Of a stretch of DNA of 64,000 bases, positions 34,749-42,356 are shown one piece after another. The position numbers were made by a program, and so were the translations under genes. The stretch is taken from the IMG/VR virus record IMGVR_UViG_3300036816_000007, positions 1 through 64,000 of that record; one strand, written 5' to 3'. Numbering within the stretch: the first letter of the stretch is position 1; each line of letters begins with the position of its first letter. The notes under the pieces are model-generated. The model did not search any database. It saw only the letters and a list, made by a program, of their open reading frames with translations, and was not told the origin of the DNA. This DNA is from a virus.

Positions 34749-34946
34749 TCATACGGTGATGCGCGTAATCCCCAACTCGTTCTCTACGTACTGTTCCTCG
34801 CAAAATCCGCCGTGTGTCTTCGCACCGCTTGCGTAAGATGTAACGGAATGCCCGCGTTCAATCGATTCGCCGCAATAGGCGCAATAACCGACGATATCCA
34901 AGCGTTCATCTGGCGGCTGGAAACGGTCAAAACTTGCGCTCATCAT
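34749..34946 (-). CDS. Small Cys-containing protein
   Basis: Start ATGATG after GGGGAGG. GYCAYCGESI...HGGFCEE. Confidence 0.5.
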   Translation of the reverse strand: MMSASFDRFQPPDERLDIVGYCAYCGESIERGHSVTSYASGAKTHGGFCEEQYVENELGITRITV

Positions 34947-35100
34947 CCGCAGCCGCCTCCCCGCTGTCCTCCCACTTCTGCAGCGGAGTCCGATCGTCAT
35001 ATTTGCGTCCTTCTAACGTGTCAATCCGTCCAGCGTAATAGCCGGCCTCGTAGCCTTTGCGCCACTCTTCCGCGATGTTAAGCGTAGTTTCCGTGCTCAT
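34927..35100 (-). CDS. Hypothetical 57-aa protein
   Basis: ATGA overlap with the upstream stop. Confidence 0.5.
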   Translation of the reverse strand: MSTETTLNIAEEWRKGYEAGYYAGRIDTLEGRKYDDRTPLQKWEDSGEAAADDERKF

Positions 35101-35678
35101 TCCGGCCAATCACCGCCTAGGAACGCCAGTATTTCGTCAATCTGGCGGTAGAGGTGCGGAAGGTCACCGTCGTTCGTAATCGTAAAGTCCGCGCTGTATC
35201 CGTCAAGCGCCGTCTCCGTGCCGTGCGTAAGGTCGCAGAGGTTAAAGCGGTCGCCGGACTTAATGGCGCGGTCAATGCGGAGGGCTTCCGGTGCTTCTAC
35301 GCGGATGAGGACGTAGCCGGCCGCCTTTAGTGCGTCATATTCGTTAGGCTGGCGAACGTCAGTTATTACTGAACGAAAGGCCGCGTGAGGACCGTGCATG
35401 TAGAAATCTGCGACGTGCCACGAGGCCACTTCTCCGACTCTATCGAGACATTTCCGCACCCAGACGTCAGGATCACGTTCGCGCATCGCCTGGCCGAACC
35501 ACTGGTATCCTTCGCGCGGCTTCGCGTCAGTCTCGCCGAACAATTCGTGATAGTAGCGTTTGAGTTCGTCGCCGAATGCGAACGCGGTGTAGCCGTATTT
35601 TGACGCGAGATAACGGGCAACTTCGTCCTTGCCGGCGCGCAGCTTTCCGATCAATCCGATGTTAGGTAACGTAGTCAT
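35097..35678 (-). CDS. Deoxynucleoside monophosphate kinase-like P-loop kinase
   Basis: IGLIGKLRAGKDEVARYL P-loop. Phage dNMP-kinase-like length and layout. Confidence 0.65.
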   Translation of the reverse strand: MTTLPNIGLIGKLRAGKDEVARYLASKYGYTAFAFGDELKRYYHELFGETDAKPREGYQWFGQAMRERDPDVWVRKCLDRVGEVASWHVADFYMHGPHAAFRSVITDVRQPNEYDALKAAGYVLIRVEAPEALRIDRAIKSGDRFNLCDLTHGTETALDGYSADFTITNDGDLPHLYRQIDEILAFLGGDWPE

Positions 35679-35887
35679 TCCGCAGTCACCTCCGCCCAGT
35701 TATCGCTATCATCAACGTACCACGCGAGTTTGGCGCTTCTCTCTACGATACCGATTCCGTAAAGATGCGTTTGGCCGCGAAAGTGATATCGGACAGCGCT
35801 CTTTGCGTGGCGAACGTCCGTGTACGTCTTATCACGCACAATCTCGCCCGTTTCGCGGTTAATAATTGCGTAGAGTGGTCCGACCAT
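35675..35887 (-). CDS. Hypothetical 70-aa protein
   Basis: The ATG at 35887 follows AAGGAGGTG. The longer track ORF would overlap the upstream gene. Confidence 0.55.
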   Translation of the reverse strand: MVGPLYAIINRETGEIVRDKTYTDVRHAKSAVRYHFRGQTHLYGIGIVERSAKLAWYVDDSDNWAEVTAE

Positions 35888-35888
35888 A

Positions 35889-37220
35889 TTACGCCACCTC
35901 CTTCCGCGGCTCTGCGCTGTCTGATTCGCGGGAATCATCGCTGAGTGTCAGTTTACCGCCTATTAGCTTATTTACGTAGCCAATCGACAGTACGTCCGGG
36001 TCCGGTTCAACTTCGGGAACAACGGTGAAGTAAATTTCGTCATCATCTGTACTCTTAACGATATCTTCGACACGAACCTCCGTAGGACTCGGCGCTTCGA
36101 AATACTCCGCAGGAACCGCGAGCCCTAACGCACGTCTCAGCGCAATCGCGCGGCCAATATGCGAGTTGAATACGTCGCCTGGCGCACATACAGCGCGTCC
36201 TGTGAACTCCGGAGTCTTGCCATTGGATGCGTATCGTAAAAAGGCGAGGGCGGCTACCTTACGTTTCTGACGGTCAACCGCGAACTTAATCGTCACATGG
36301 CCGATATCCTCCAGCGCAGGAATCGACTCCCATGCGCCTGAATTGTCGCCGCGTGCATCCGCAATAAGCTTCGCCACGTCCTCCTTCGCACGCTTAACGA
36401 TGTCATCACGCTTTCTCTGACGCGCTTCCTTCGCCCGTTGCGCCAGGTTGGCGGTAACTTCCGCAACTGTGACGGATGTCTTTTGCGCAACTTTAGCGAA
36501 TGCGTCCGTAGCTACCTGCGCCGTAACGCCTAGGTCAGAGGAGCGCGGGTTAACAGGCGCAGTCTCCAACGCTGCCACACGTTTCTCAAGCGAAGCCACT
36601 CGCGTCGTCAACTTCGCGATAAGCTCGGCCGCTTGGTCAGACGCGGGCTTGGCGGAGAGAGGTTCGGATACTGGCGCCGGTTGTTGTGCGAATTCTATCG
36701 GTTCGAGTACGCGGAAGTCCACGTCATCAATGTACCATTGTCCATCAGCGTAATAATCCGCGTTCTCCGTAAGATCAGCGAATACCGTGCGATTTTTAAC
36801 TCGTTTTACTTTCGCAATATCTCCGGTTTTGTAATAGTAACCGTTAGAAGAATTGCGACCGTTCACACTTACGACAATCACGCGATCGCCCACCGCAGCT
36901 TTCCGATCGACCATACGGAACCTTTCGGCTTCTCCGTCGCCGTTAGGCGTTTTGATGCGGACGATATCGGTAGGTTCAAGAACATAACAGTTTGCGCGAA
37001 CATGGTTCTGCCAGCGTCTGGTACCGTCGTTGTCAAAAAACTCAGCGCCGTCGAGATCGCCACCTCTTACGTTATAAGGTTTGCCTTCGGTAATACCCGG
37101 ACGATCCGAGTCAAACACGATCCGATCACCAACGCGCGCCTTCCGCTTAACCTCGCGATATTCACGTTTGATTCCGCCCAAGCTTTCGTCTTTCAATACG
37201 GTAATGTTCGTCATATACAA
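35889..37220 (-). CDS. Repeat-domain protein, paralog family member 1 (2 N-terminal YR.V.RKA.VGD modules, coiled coil, CAP.DVFN C-domain)
   Basis: YREVKRKARVGDRIVF, FRMVDRKAAVGDRVIVV, and the C-terminal KRKVAALAFL...GRAVCAPGDVFNSHIGRAIALRRALGL. Confidence 0.8.
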   Translation of the reverse strand: MYMTNITVLKDESLGGIKREYREVKRKARVGDRIVFDSDRPGITEGKPYNVRGGDLDGAEFFDNDGTRRWQNHVRANCYVLEPTDIVRIKTPNGDGEAERFRMVDRKAAVGDRVIVVSVNGRNSSNGYYYKTGDIAKVKRVKNRTVFADLTENADYYADGQWYIDDVDFRVLEPIEFAQQPAPVSEPLSAKPASDQAAELIAKLTTRVASLEKRVAALETAPVNPRSSDLGVTAQVATDAFAKVAQKTSVTVAEVTANLAQRAKEARQRKRDDIVKRAKEDVAKLIADARGDNSGAWESIPALEDIGHVTIKFAVDRQKRKVAALAFLRYASNGKTPEFTGRAVCAPGDVFNSHIGRAIALRRALGLAVPAEYFEAPSPTEVRVEDIVKSTDDDEIYFTVVPEVEPDPDVLSIGYVNKLIGGKLTLSDDSRESDSAEPRKEVA

Positions 37221-37237
37221 ATCCGCTCCCTTATCGT

Positions 37238-37657
37238 TTAGTTTTCGATTTTAACGCGTACTTTCTGGCGGCCGAACTGGCGCGCTTCTTTCTCTGACGC
37301 AACTAATACGTCAAGCTTGCGGCCTTTAATCAAACCTCCGGTGTCTTCCGCAATCGCTGCGATCTCCGTTCCGTCTGCCAAACGGATCGTGAGCGGAGTA
37401 TGCAGCGGGATCACGCGCTTATCAACGGCCACAACGCGGCGCCCTTCGTGTGTGATCGTGTTGCGTACGTCGAGTTCCGTGTAAGTAAATCCGCTGCAAC
37501 CTTCGGAACACATCGCGATATAAGCGGTAGCTTCGTACGTTTGCCAAACGTGTTCCTTCGCAAGTTTGCCTGTTACCTGCGAAGTTTTAGCGGACGGTTG
37601 CGGCGGTTCTGGCTCGTTCGGTGGGACTCCGTTAACAGCGCTGATTCCGATAGACAT
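37238..37657 (-). CDS. 3D-domain (MltA/RlpA-like DPBB) protein
   Basis: ATAY..C..C.G ... VAVDKRVIPLHTPLTIRL.DG...AIAEDTGGLIKGRKLDV is the 3D-domain pattern. The hydrophobic in-frame extension to 37693 has no canonical start. Confidence 0.75.
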   Translation of the reverse strand: MSIGISAVNGVPPNEPEPPQPSAKTSQVTGKLAKEHVWQTYEATAYIAMCSEGCSGFTYTELDVRNTITHEGRRVVAVDKRVIPLHTPLTIRLADGTEIAAIAEDTGGLIKGRKLDVLVASEKEARQFGRQKVRVKIEN

Positions 37658-37692
37658 TGCGATGATGATTTGCGCGATTATACTTAGCGAGA

Positions 37693-38283
37693 TTACTTCG
37701 CCTCCTGTCCGCCGAAATGTGCGTCAATTTTAGCGATGAGGGATGCTCGGGCTTCGGCTGGCGTGATTTTCGTTAACGCGGCTGGCGAGAACCATTCGTA
37801 GTCTTCCGACATGACACTTTCTCCTCGCAGACCGTAAATATCACGCGAATCGTCGGCACGAGTAATGAGTACGATATCCCCTTCGTCGAAGTCATCGACT
37901 GACGTAATATCCGTAACCCGCGCATAATCTCCGACTTTCAGACGCGATTCCTCGGCGAGCTGCGCTTCGAGTTGCGCGATTTCAGCGGTGAGAATTGCGA
38001 GTTGGGTGCGTTTAAGAGCGATAAGCTCCTCCGGTAGCTTGACTTTGCGGAATAATGTGTCGTCATCGCTATCGTATTTCCAGTAGTCACCGTCGGTATC
38101 TTCGTACTCCAAATCCGCGTCTAAAATATCGTAAGTACCAAGAGGAGTATACGAGTAACCGTGATCGTGACGAACAATATCTCCCGCAGACGCCGCAACA
38201 CTCTCGTGCTGAGCTTCATAATACTCACCGTTGTACTCGATGAATCCTTCGCCTCTGTCTTTTACTCCGATTAATCGCGCCAT
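37693..38283 (-). CDS. Repeat-domain protein, paralog family member 2
   Basis: LKVGDYARVTDI...GDIVLITRAD resembles modules in 51983..53476. Confidence 0.7.
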   Translation of the reverse strand: MARLIGVKDRGEGFIEYNGEYYEAQHESVAASAGDIVRHDHGYSYTPLGTYDILDADLEYEDTDGDYWKYDSDDDTLFRKVKLPEELIALKRTQLAILTAEIAQLEAQLAEESRLKVGDYARVTDITSVDDFDEGDIVLITRADDSRDIYGLRGESVMSEDYEWFSPAALTKITPAEARASLIAKIDAHFGGQEAK

Positions 38284-38315
38284 CTAATCCGCTCCCTTAT
38301 CGTTAATTTTCGTTG

Positions 38316-38603
38316 TTAAACGTCGTATTCGTAAAAGTTAGCTATCCGCAACTCCTCGATCAATAACGTAGCCTCGCGAAGATTAACGCCAGCGCTTTCC
38401 GCCATGATTTCGCCGGTCAATACGTCATCCTCCGTTTTGGCCGCGATGATAACGCCGGTAACTTCGCCAGCTCGCGCCAGTTCCGCATAGCGTTCGAGCA
38501 ATGCGATGACGGCGGCCTGCGCCTCTTGTTCCGGAGTTGGGCGCGGTACGAACGGGAGGACTTCGGCGAGCTTGCGTTGGTCATCCGTTTTGACTTCGCT
38601 CAT
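38316..38603 (-). CDS. Hypothetical protein
   Basis: 95 aa. Confidence 0.6.
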   Translation of the reverse strand: MSEVKTDDQRKLAEVLPFVPRPTPEQEAQAAVIALLERYAELARAGEVTGVIIAAKTEDDVLTGEIMAESAGVNLREATLLIEELRIANFYEYDV

Positions 38604-38748
38604 CTGCGATCACCTCCGCCGCAATTTGTTTCGCGAGAATCCATCCGAGAGTATACGCGATAAATCCCTCAGCCGGCGTCGCGTCAAACATGTGTAGCGC
38701 TAGCTGTTGCGCAATTAGTCCGCCAATCAACTCTCCGATCAGTCTCAT
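38581..38748 (-). CDS. 55-aa hydrophobic protein
   Basis: ATGA overlap with the upstream stop. MRLIGELIGGLIAQQLALHMF... Confidence 0.4.
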   Translation of the reverse strand: MRLIGELIGGLIAQQLALHMFDATPAEGFIAYTLGWILAKQIAAEVIADERSQNG

Positions 38749-38930
38749 TCGGCGCCCTCCTCTTCGGTAACTTCTGTATCACTTACCGCGGTAAATTCCC
38801 ATTCGACCGGAAAGTCTTCGTTAAACAGCAGGCTCTCAATGCGGCAGCACACTTCCATTCCTCCGATATCCGGATTGCGTACTTCGTTCGGGTCATATAC
38901 GACATAGCCGCGGATTTCAACTCGTTTCAT
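38745..38930 (-). CDS. Hypothetical acidic protein
   Basis: 61 aa, immediately downstream of thyX in the same operon. Confidence 0.55.
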   Translation of the reverse strand: MKRVEIRGYVVYDPNEVRNPDIGGMEVCCRIESLLFNEDFPVEWEFTAVSDTEVTEEEGAE

Positions 38931-39707
38931 TTACGCACTCTCCTTCGTATCAAAATACGGAGCCAGCCACGGATCAACCTTTACGATCTCATCGCGCAAT
39001 CTCACAGTTAAATCCGCGATCTCCCATTGAGCACCTCGCCCCGGCCGTCTCTTCGCGTAGAAATCGAGCAGCGTGCGCAAGTTTCCGGTCATTACTAGAT
39101 TGCACGCGGCAGCATTCGGTAGGACCATGCGTGCGTCTTCCGGCGGGACTCCGGCTTCGCGCAGACAGTCGTATGCGCCCTGAGCGTCGGCCATAGCTTG
39201 CGTGAAGATAGAAAGCGCGTCGTCTTCGAAAAGAGTTCCTACATCCGTTTTCTTGTCCGCGGTTACTTTCGGAGGCGTTACGAAACTAAAACCGCCAATC
39301 TTATCCGCGGTACCCATCCGGACATAACGTTGACTCTGCACGCTGAACGATAAGTGACGGTGGCGCGTGAGCTGTGCGAGGAGTGCGCGGCTTACGCCTT
39401 CGATCGCGAATGTATACGTGATGTGCTCCAGCGTGGATTGGTGTCCGCTTCGTGTTATGTGACGGAACAAACGGTCAGCCTCCGTGCCGCCTTCGCCATC
39501 TGACGCCGCGTTTCCGAAGTACTTTTCGCCTTCCTGCGCGACAATCTCCGTAGGCTTGAGCGGTGAGTAACACGTGCGGATTGCGGTAAGTGCGACTGCG
39601 CCACGCTCGTTATATCCGTCGAGATCGTTGACGACAATACCAGCGCCAAGCAACTCCGATTCATACGCAGAATTAATACGTGTATGTGCGATTAATTTAA
39701 CGTTCAA
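38931..39707 (-). CDS. thyX: FAD-dependent thymidylate synthase ThyX
   Basis: ThyX signature RHRHLSFSVQSQRYV. 258 aa with a TTG start. Confidence 0.95.
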   Translation of the reverse strand: MNVKLIAHTRINSAYESELLGAGIVVNDLDGYNERGAVALTAIRTCYSPLKPTEIVAQEGEKYFGNAASDGEGGTEADRLFRHITRSGHQSTLEHITYTFAIEGVSRALLAQLTRHRHLSFSVQSQRYVRMGTADKIGGFSFVTPPKVTADKKTDVGTLFEDDALSIFTQAMADAQGAYDCLREAGVPPEDARMVLPNAAACNLVMTGNLRTLLDFYAKRRPGRGAQWEIADLTVRLRDEIVKVDPWLAPYFDTKESA

Positions 39708-39829
39708 TTAGCGTCATCCTTTCGGTCGTAATGTTTGTGAATTGTAACGAAATTAAATCCGTAACAAGCAAGCGCAATAGCGATACCGAACGAGATAACA
39801 AGCGCAGGAAGCGCTAAAAATGGGCTCAT
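39704..39829 (-). CDS. 41-aa TM peptide
   Basis: MSPFLALPALVISFGIAIALACYGFNF... Its stop overlaps the thyX start. Confidence 0.35.
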   Translation of the reverse strand: MSPFLALPALVISFGIAIALACYGFNFVTIHKHYDRKDDAN

Positions 39830-39844
39830 ACTTACGTCAACTCC

Positions 39845-39931
39845 TTATCGTATAATCGTCCGGACTAAGAGCCCGATCCAAACCGTCGTACAGTATGCGG
39901 TGATGATTGCGTAGGTGTAGCGTTTAGTCAT
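39845..39931 (-). CDS. 28-aa TM peptide
   Basis: MTKRYTYAIITAYCTTVWIGLLVRTIIR. The ATG overlaps the upstream stop region. Confidence 0.3.
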   Translation of the reverse strand: MTKRYTYAIITAYCTTVWIGLLVRTIIR

Positions 39932-40151
39932 TCGTCCACTCCTTGCGTTTCGGCTTACCGTCGTGGACCATCCGCTGGAACATAAACTCGCGGAACAGTT
40001 CGCGCAATTTCTTGGCGGTGAGGTAACGTTCTAGGAACCATACGTATAAATGTACGATCCCTGCGCCAGCGAGTAGTAATAGCGCGATTAATCCGGCGAC
40101 GCCTAGTGCAATAATTGCGTGATATGCGAAGCCTTGAGTTAGTGGGTTCAT
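39924..40151 (-). CDS. Membrane protein
   Basis: 75 aa. HAIIALGVAGLIALLLLAGAGIVHLYVWF. Confidence 0.6.
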   Translation of the reverse strand: MNPLTQGFAYHAIIALGVAGLIALLLLAGAGIVHLYVWFLERYLTAKKLRELFREFMFQRMVHDGKPKRKEWTND

Positions 40152-40549
40152 CCCGCGGCCACCTCACACCTCTGACGTTCAATCTCCGCCTGCAGTAACG
40201 GTTCCGGACGGATGAACGTCGGCGGCTTAACGACCTTATTCGTAATCGGATCGTAATGGACCGTACCGTCCGGCCATACTTTCGACATGTTCGCGTCATG
40301 TACGATATCGAATAGCGCAGCAGGTTTGACGCCGATTTCTACGAGAGTGCCGAGCGCCAGGTAAATAAGATCGATCATCGCGTCAGCCTGGTCGACGACC
40401 GTTTCCGCTTCGTCAAACTCGTTTAACTCTTCGGACATGTATAGATAACGCTCCGTGCGGCGTTTCTCCGACATAACCGCGGGCCTATCCGCATGTGGTA
40501 CGCCGAACTTATCGTGAAACTCGCGAACCATTTCGTATTGCTCGTTCAA
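40148..40549 (-). CDS. All-alpha NTP pyrophosphohydrolase (MazG-like)
   Basis: FHDKFG...RTERYLYMSEELNEFDEA...QADAMIDLIYLALGT...HDANMSK. Confidence 0.7.
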   Translation of the reverse strand: MNEQYEMVREFHDKFGVPHADRPAVMSEKRRTERYLYMSEELNEFDEAETVVDQADAMIDLIYLALGTLVEIGVKPAALFDIVHDANMSKVWPDGTVHYDPITNKVVKPPTFIRPEPLLQAEIERQRCEVAAG

Positions 40550-40555
40550 ATACGA

Positions 40556-40687
40556 TCACTCCTTCGTTAATTTCTTCGCGAGCCAATCCGCTACTTTATC
40601 GAGCTTGAGCGAATGGGCGAACGCTAGTATAAACGTCTTCCACGCGGCATTTAATTCAGCGGCAGCTTCCTCGAATGTCTGTTTCAT
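40556..40687 (-). CDS. 43-aa hypothetical protein
   Basis: ATGA coupling to the upstream micro-ORF. Confidence 0.4.
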   Translation of the reverse strand: MKQTFEEAAAELNAAWKTFILAFAHSLKLDKVADWLAKKLTKE

Positions 40688-40830
40688 ATCAGCGTCCACA
40701 CTGCGACCAGCCCCGTAACCACTATCGCAATCGCCGTCCAATCACGCGCAGCCTGTTCGCGTTCGATACGTTCGGCTGGCGCGGTTCTGACGGTGAATCC
40801 GGTCGGCGTGCGTTCGAATTTATACGCCAT
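40684..40830 (-). CDS. 48-aa C-terminally anchored peptide
   Basis: SD ACGGAGG. ...WTAIAIVVTGLVAVWTLI. Confidence 0.4.
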   Translation of the reverse strand: MAYKFERTPTGFTVRTAPAERIEREQAARDWTAIAIVVTGLVAVWTLI

Positions 40831-40835
40831 ACCGA

Positions 40836-40961
40836 TCAACCTCCGTTATATTCGCACCAGCATTGCGGGCACATACCGTTTTCTTCCGCCCAGGTACCGA
40901 CTTCAACTTCGACCCACTCGTAGCAGCCTTCGCATTCAAATTCGCGTACATCTTCGTCCAT
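40836..40961 (-). CDS. 41-aa zinc-ribbon-like peptide
   Basis: SD AAAGGAGG. MDEDVREFECEGCYEWVEVEVGTWAEENGMCPQCWCEYNGG. Confidence 0.45.
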   Translation of the reverse strand: MDEDVREFECEGCYEWVEVEVGTWAEENGMCPQCWCEYNGG

Positions 40962-40975
40962 GTTTTGCGCCTCCT

Positions 40976-41125
40976 TTAGCGGTCATATTCGTAGCAGATC
41001 GCTACTCTGTCTCCGGACATTACCGCGTATACATTTCGGTGAGATTCTCCGTCAACGTCTCTTACGCAAACCTCCGCGTCATCCGGAAAGCGTTCGATAA
41101 GTTCGATTAGCTCCGCTTTAGTCAC
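40976..41125 (-). CDS. 49-aa hypothetical protein
   Basis: GTG start after GAGGAG. The Arg-rich N-terminal part of the 103-aa track ORF is unlikely to be coding. Confidence 0.45.
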   Translation of the reverse strand: MTKAELIELIERFPDDAEVCVRDVDGESHRNVYAVMSGDRVAICYEYDR

Positions 41126-41258
41126 GCGCTCAGCTCCTCGATTACGATCTGCCCGCCAATCTCGCGTAGTTGTATATCCGTTGTTAAACGCTGTCCTTGC
41201 GGCCGCCATACGAGGATTTGCGCATCGCCAGGCATTTCTGAACGTATGAGTGCGGTAA

Positions 41259-42170
41259 CTAGTTCGTCTTTGGCCACGCGGCTTCACCGTCCTTAGCGCC
41301 TTCTTGCGCGTAGATTGCGTCAGTGTCGTCGATGATACTGAAGGTACTTGCGAAGTCCCAACATCCGTTACTGAACCAATAACCCGCTGAGTCTGAGCGC
41401 TTCTTCGTGATCGTCCGGATACCGTTATCGTACGGATGCGATTTACGTTGAACTATCATTCCTACCGTCGGTTCTGCGGGCTTCGGCGCATTCACGAACG
41501 CATCCGTCAACGTCAAGCCGAGCGCACGTTCAGCCGCGATTACTTTGCCGATGTCTGCGTTAAATACGTCGTCGGGCGCGCACTTTGCGATGCCTACTGC
41601 GTCGGGCTTATCCCCGCTCCGTCTCCGTCCCATACGAACTAACGCTGTAACCATACGTTTATCGCGGTTAACGTGAAACTCTACGTTATAAAACTTCGTT
41701 TTGAACGGACCTTGCGGTAATTCCGCGTTAGGATTCGATCCGATCCGCCCCAACTCCGTAACCCTTTCGCGAGCCATTTCGATAACCTTGGCGCGTGTTA
41801 ACGGAGGTTCGCTAACGCTCTCCTCTACGGTAACCTCCGCGCTCTTAACCGGTTCGATCTCCGCCAAGTAGCTGCGTACGGCCGGCGCATTGTCGCGGAT
41901 GAATTGCGCGAAGAGGTCCGGGAGGTTGGCGGTAGATGACGCAGGAGTTGCGGTTGGTTCGAGAACTACGTATTCCGAGTGAAAGATGCCTGCGCGACCG
42001 TATGCGTTACCTTCCGGATGCTTAACGAATACTCCGTGAGTTATGTCCGCGCTTTCCACTACGAATTCATCTCCGTTTACATAGCGGCTGTCACAAGCGG
42101 CTACGATCTTAACGCGTTCACCTGCGTTGGCTTTGCGTTGGACTTCGCGGTACTGTTTTACGTTTGACAT
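41259..42170 (-). CDS. Repeat-domain protein, paralog family member 3 (1 N-module plus CAP.DVFN C-domain)
   Basis: YREVQRKANAGERVKIVA, and the C-terminal DKRMVTALVRM...GIAKCAPDDVFNADIGKVIAAERALGL. Confidence 0.8.
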   Translation of the reverse strand: MSNVKQYREVQRKANAGERVKIVAACDSRYVNGDEFVVESADITHGVFVKHPEGNAYGRAGIFHSEYVVLEPTATPASSTANLPDLFAQFIRDNAPAVRSYLAEIEPVKSAEVTVEESVSEPPLTRAKVIEMARERVTELGRIGSNPNAELPQGPFKTKFYNVEFHVNRDKRMVTALVRMGRRRSGDKPDAVGIAKCAPDDVFNADIGKVIAAERALGLTLTDAFVNAPKPAEPTVGMIVQRKSHPYDNGIRTITKKRSDSAGYWFSNGCWDFASTFSIIDDTDAIYAQEGAKDGEAAWPKTN

Positions 42171-42193
42171 CGTATCATCTCCGTTTCGTTTAG

Positions 42194-42226
42194 TGGGCGG
42201 TGCGTGGGCGGTGCGTGGGCGCTGTG
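42194..42226. repeat. Three tandem 11-nt GC-rich repeats in the 5' leader of 41259..42170
   Basis: GTGGGCGGTGC GTGGGCGGTGC GTGGGCGCTGT. Confidence 0.85.
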
Positions 42227-42251
42227 ATGCCTTAGTTAGCGTGTTGTTTGC

Positions 42252-42298
42252 GCCTTATACTTAGATTGACAATCTCCTACCTCCATTCGCACACTTTT
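42252..42298 (-). promoter_or_regulatory. 47-bp conserved bipartite element, copy 1 (partner at 56505..56551)
   Basis: Plus strand: GCCTTATACTTAGATTGACAAtctcctacctccaTTCGCACACTTTT. 40/47 identical to copy 2. The mismatches are confined to the central 13 nt plus one further site. Confidence 0.6.
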
Positions 42299-42311
42299 CC
42301 GTAAATAAATT

Positions 42312-42346
42312 TAAAAAAAAACGGAGCAGCCCGCAGGCCCTCCGTT
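42312..42346 (-). terminator. Rho-independent terminator after nrdF
   Basis: Minus strand: AACGGAGggcctgcgggctgCTCCGTT followed by TTTTTTTT. Confidence 0.85.
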
Positions 42347-42356
42347 AGTGTCCGTT

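Noticed and set aside
39955-40299. 114-aa Arg-rich ORF overlapping the membrane-protein and MazG-like genes
   Set aside because: It is an out-of-frame overlap of two supported genes with extreme Arg content. The ORFs 24512..24958, 25352..25858, 12671..12934, 27092..27448 and 47273..47593 have the same character.
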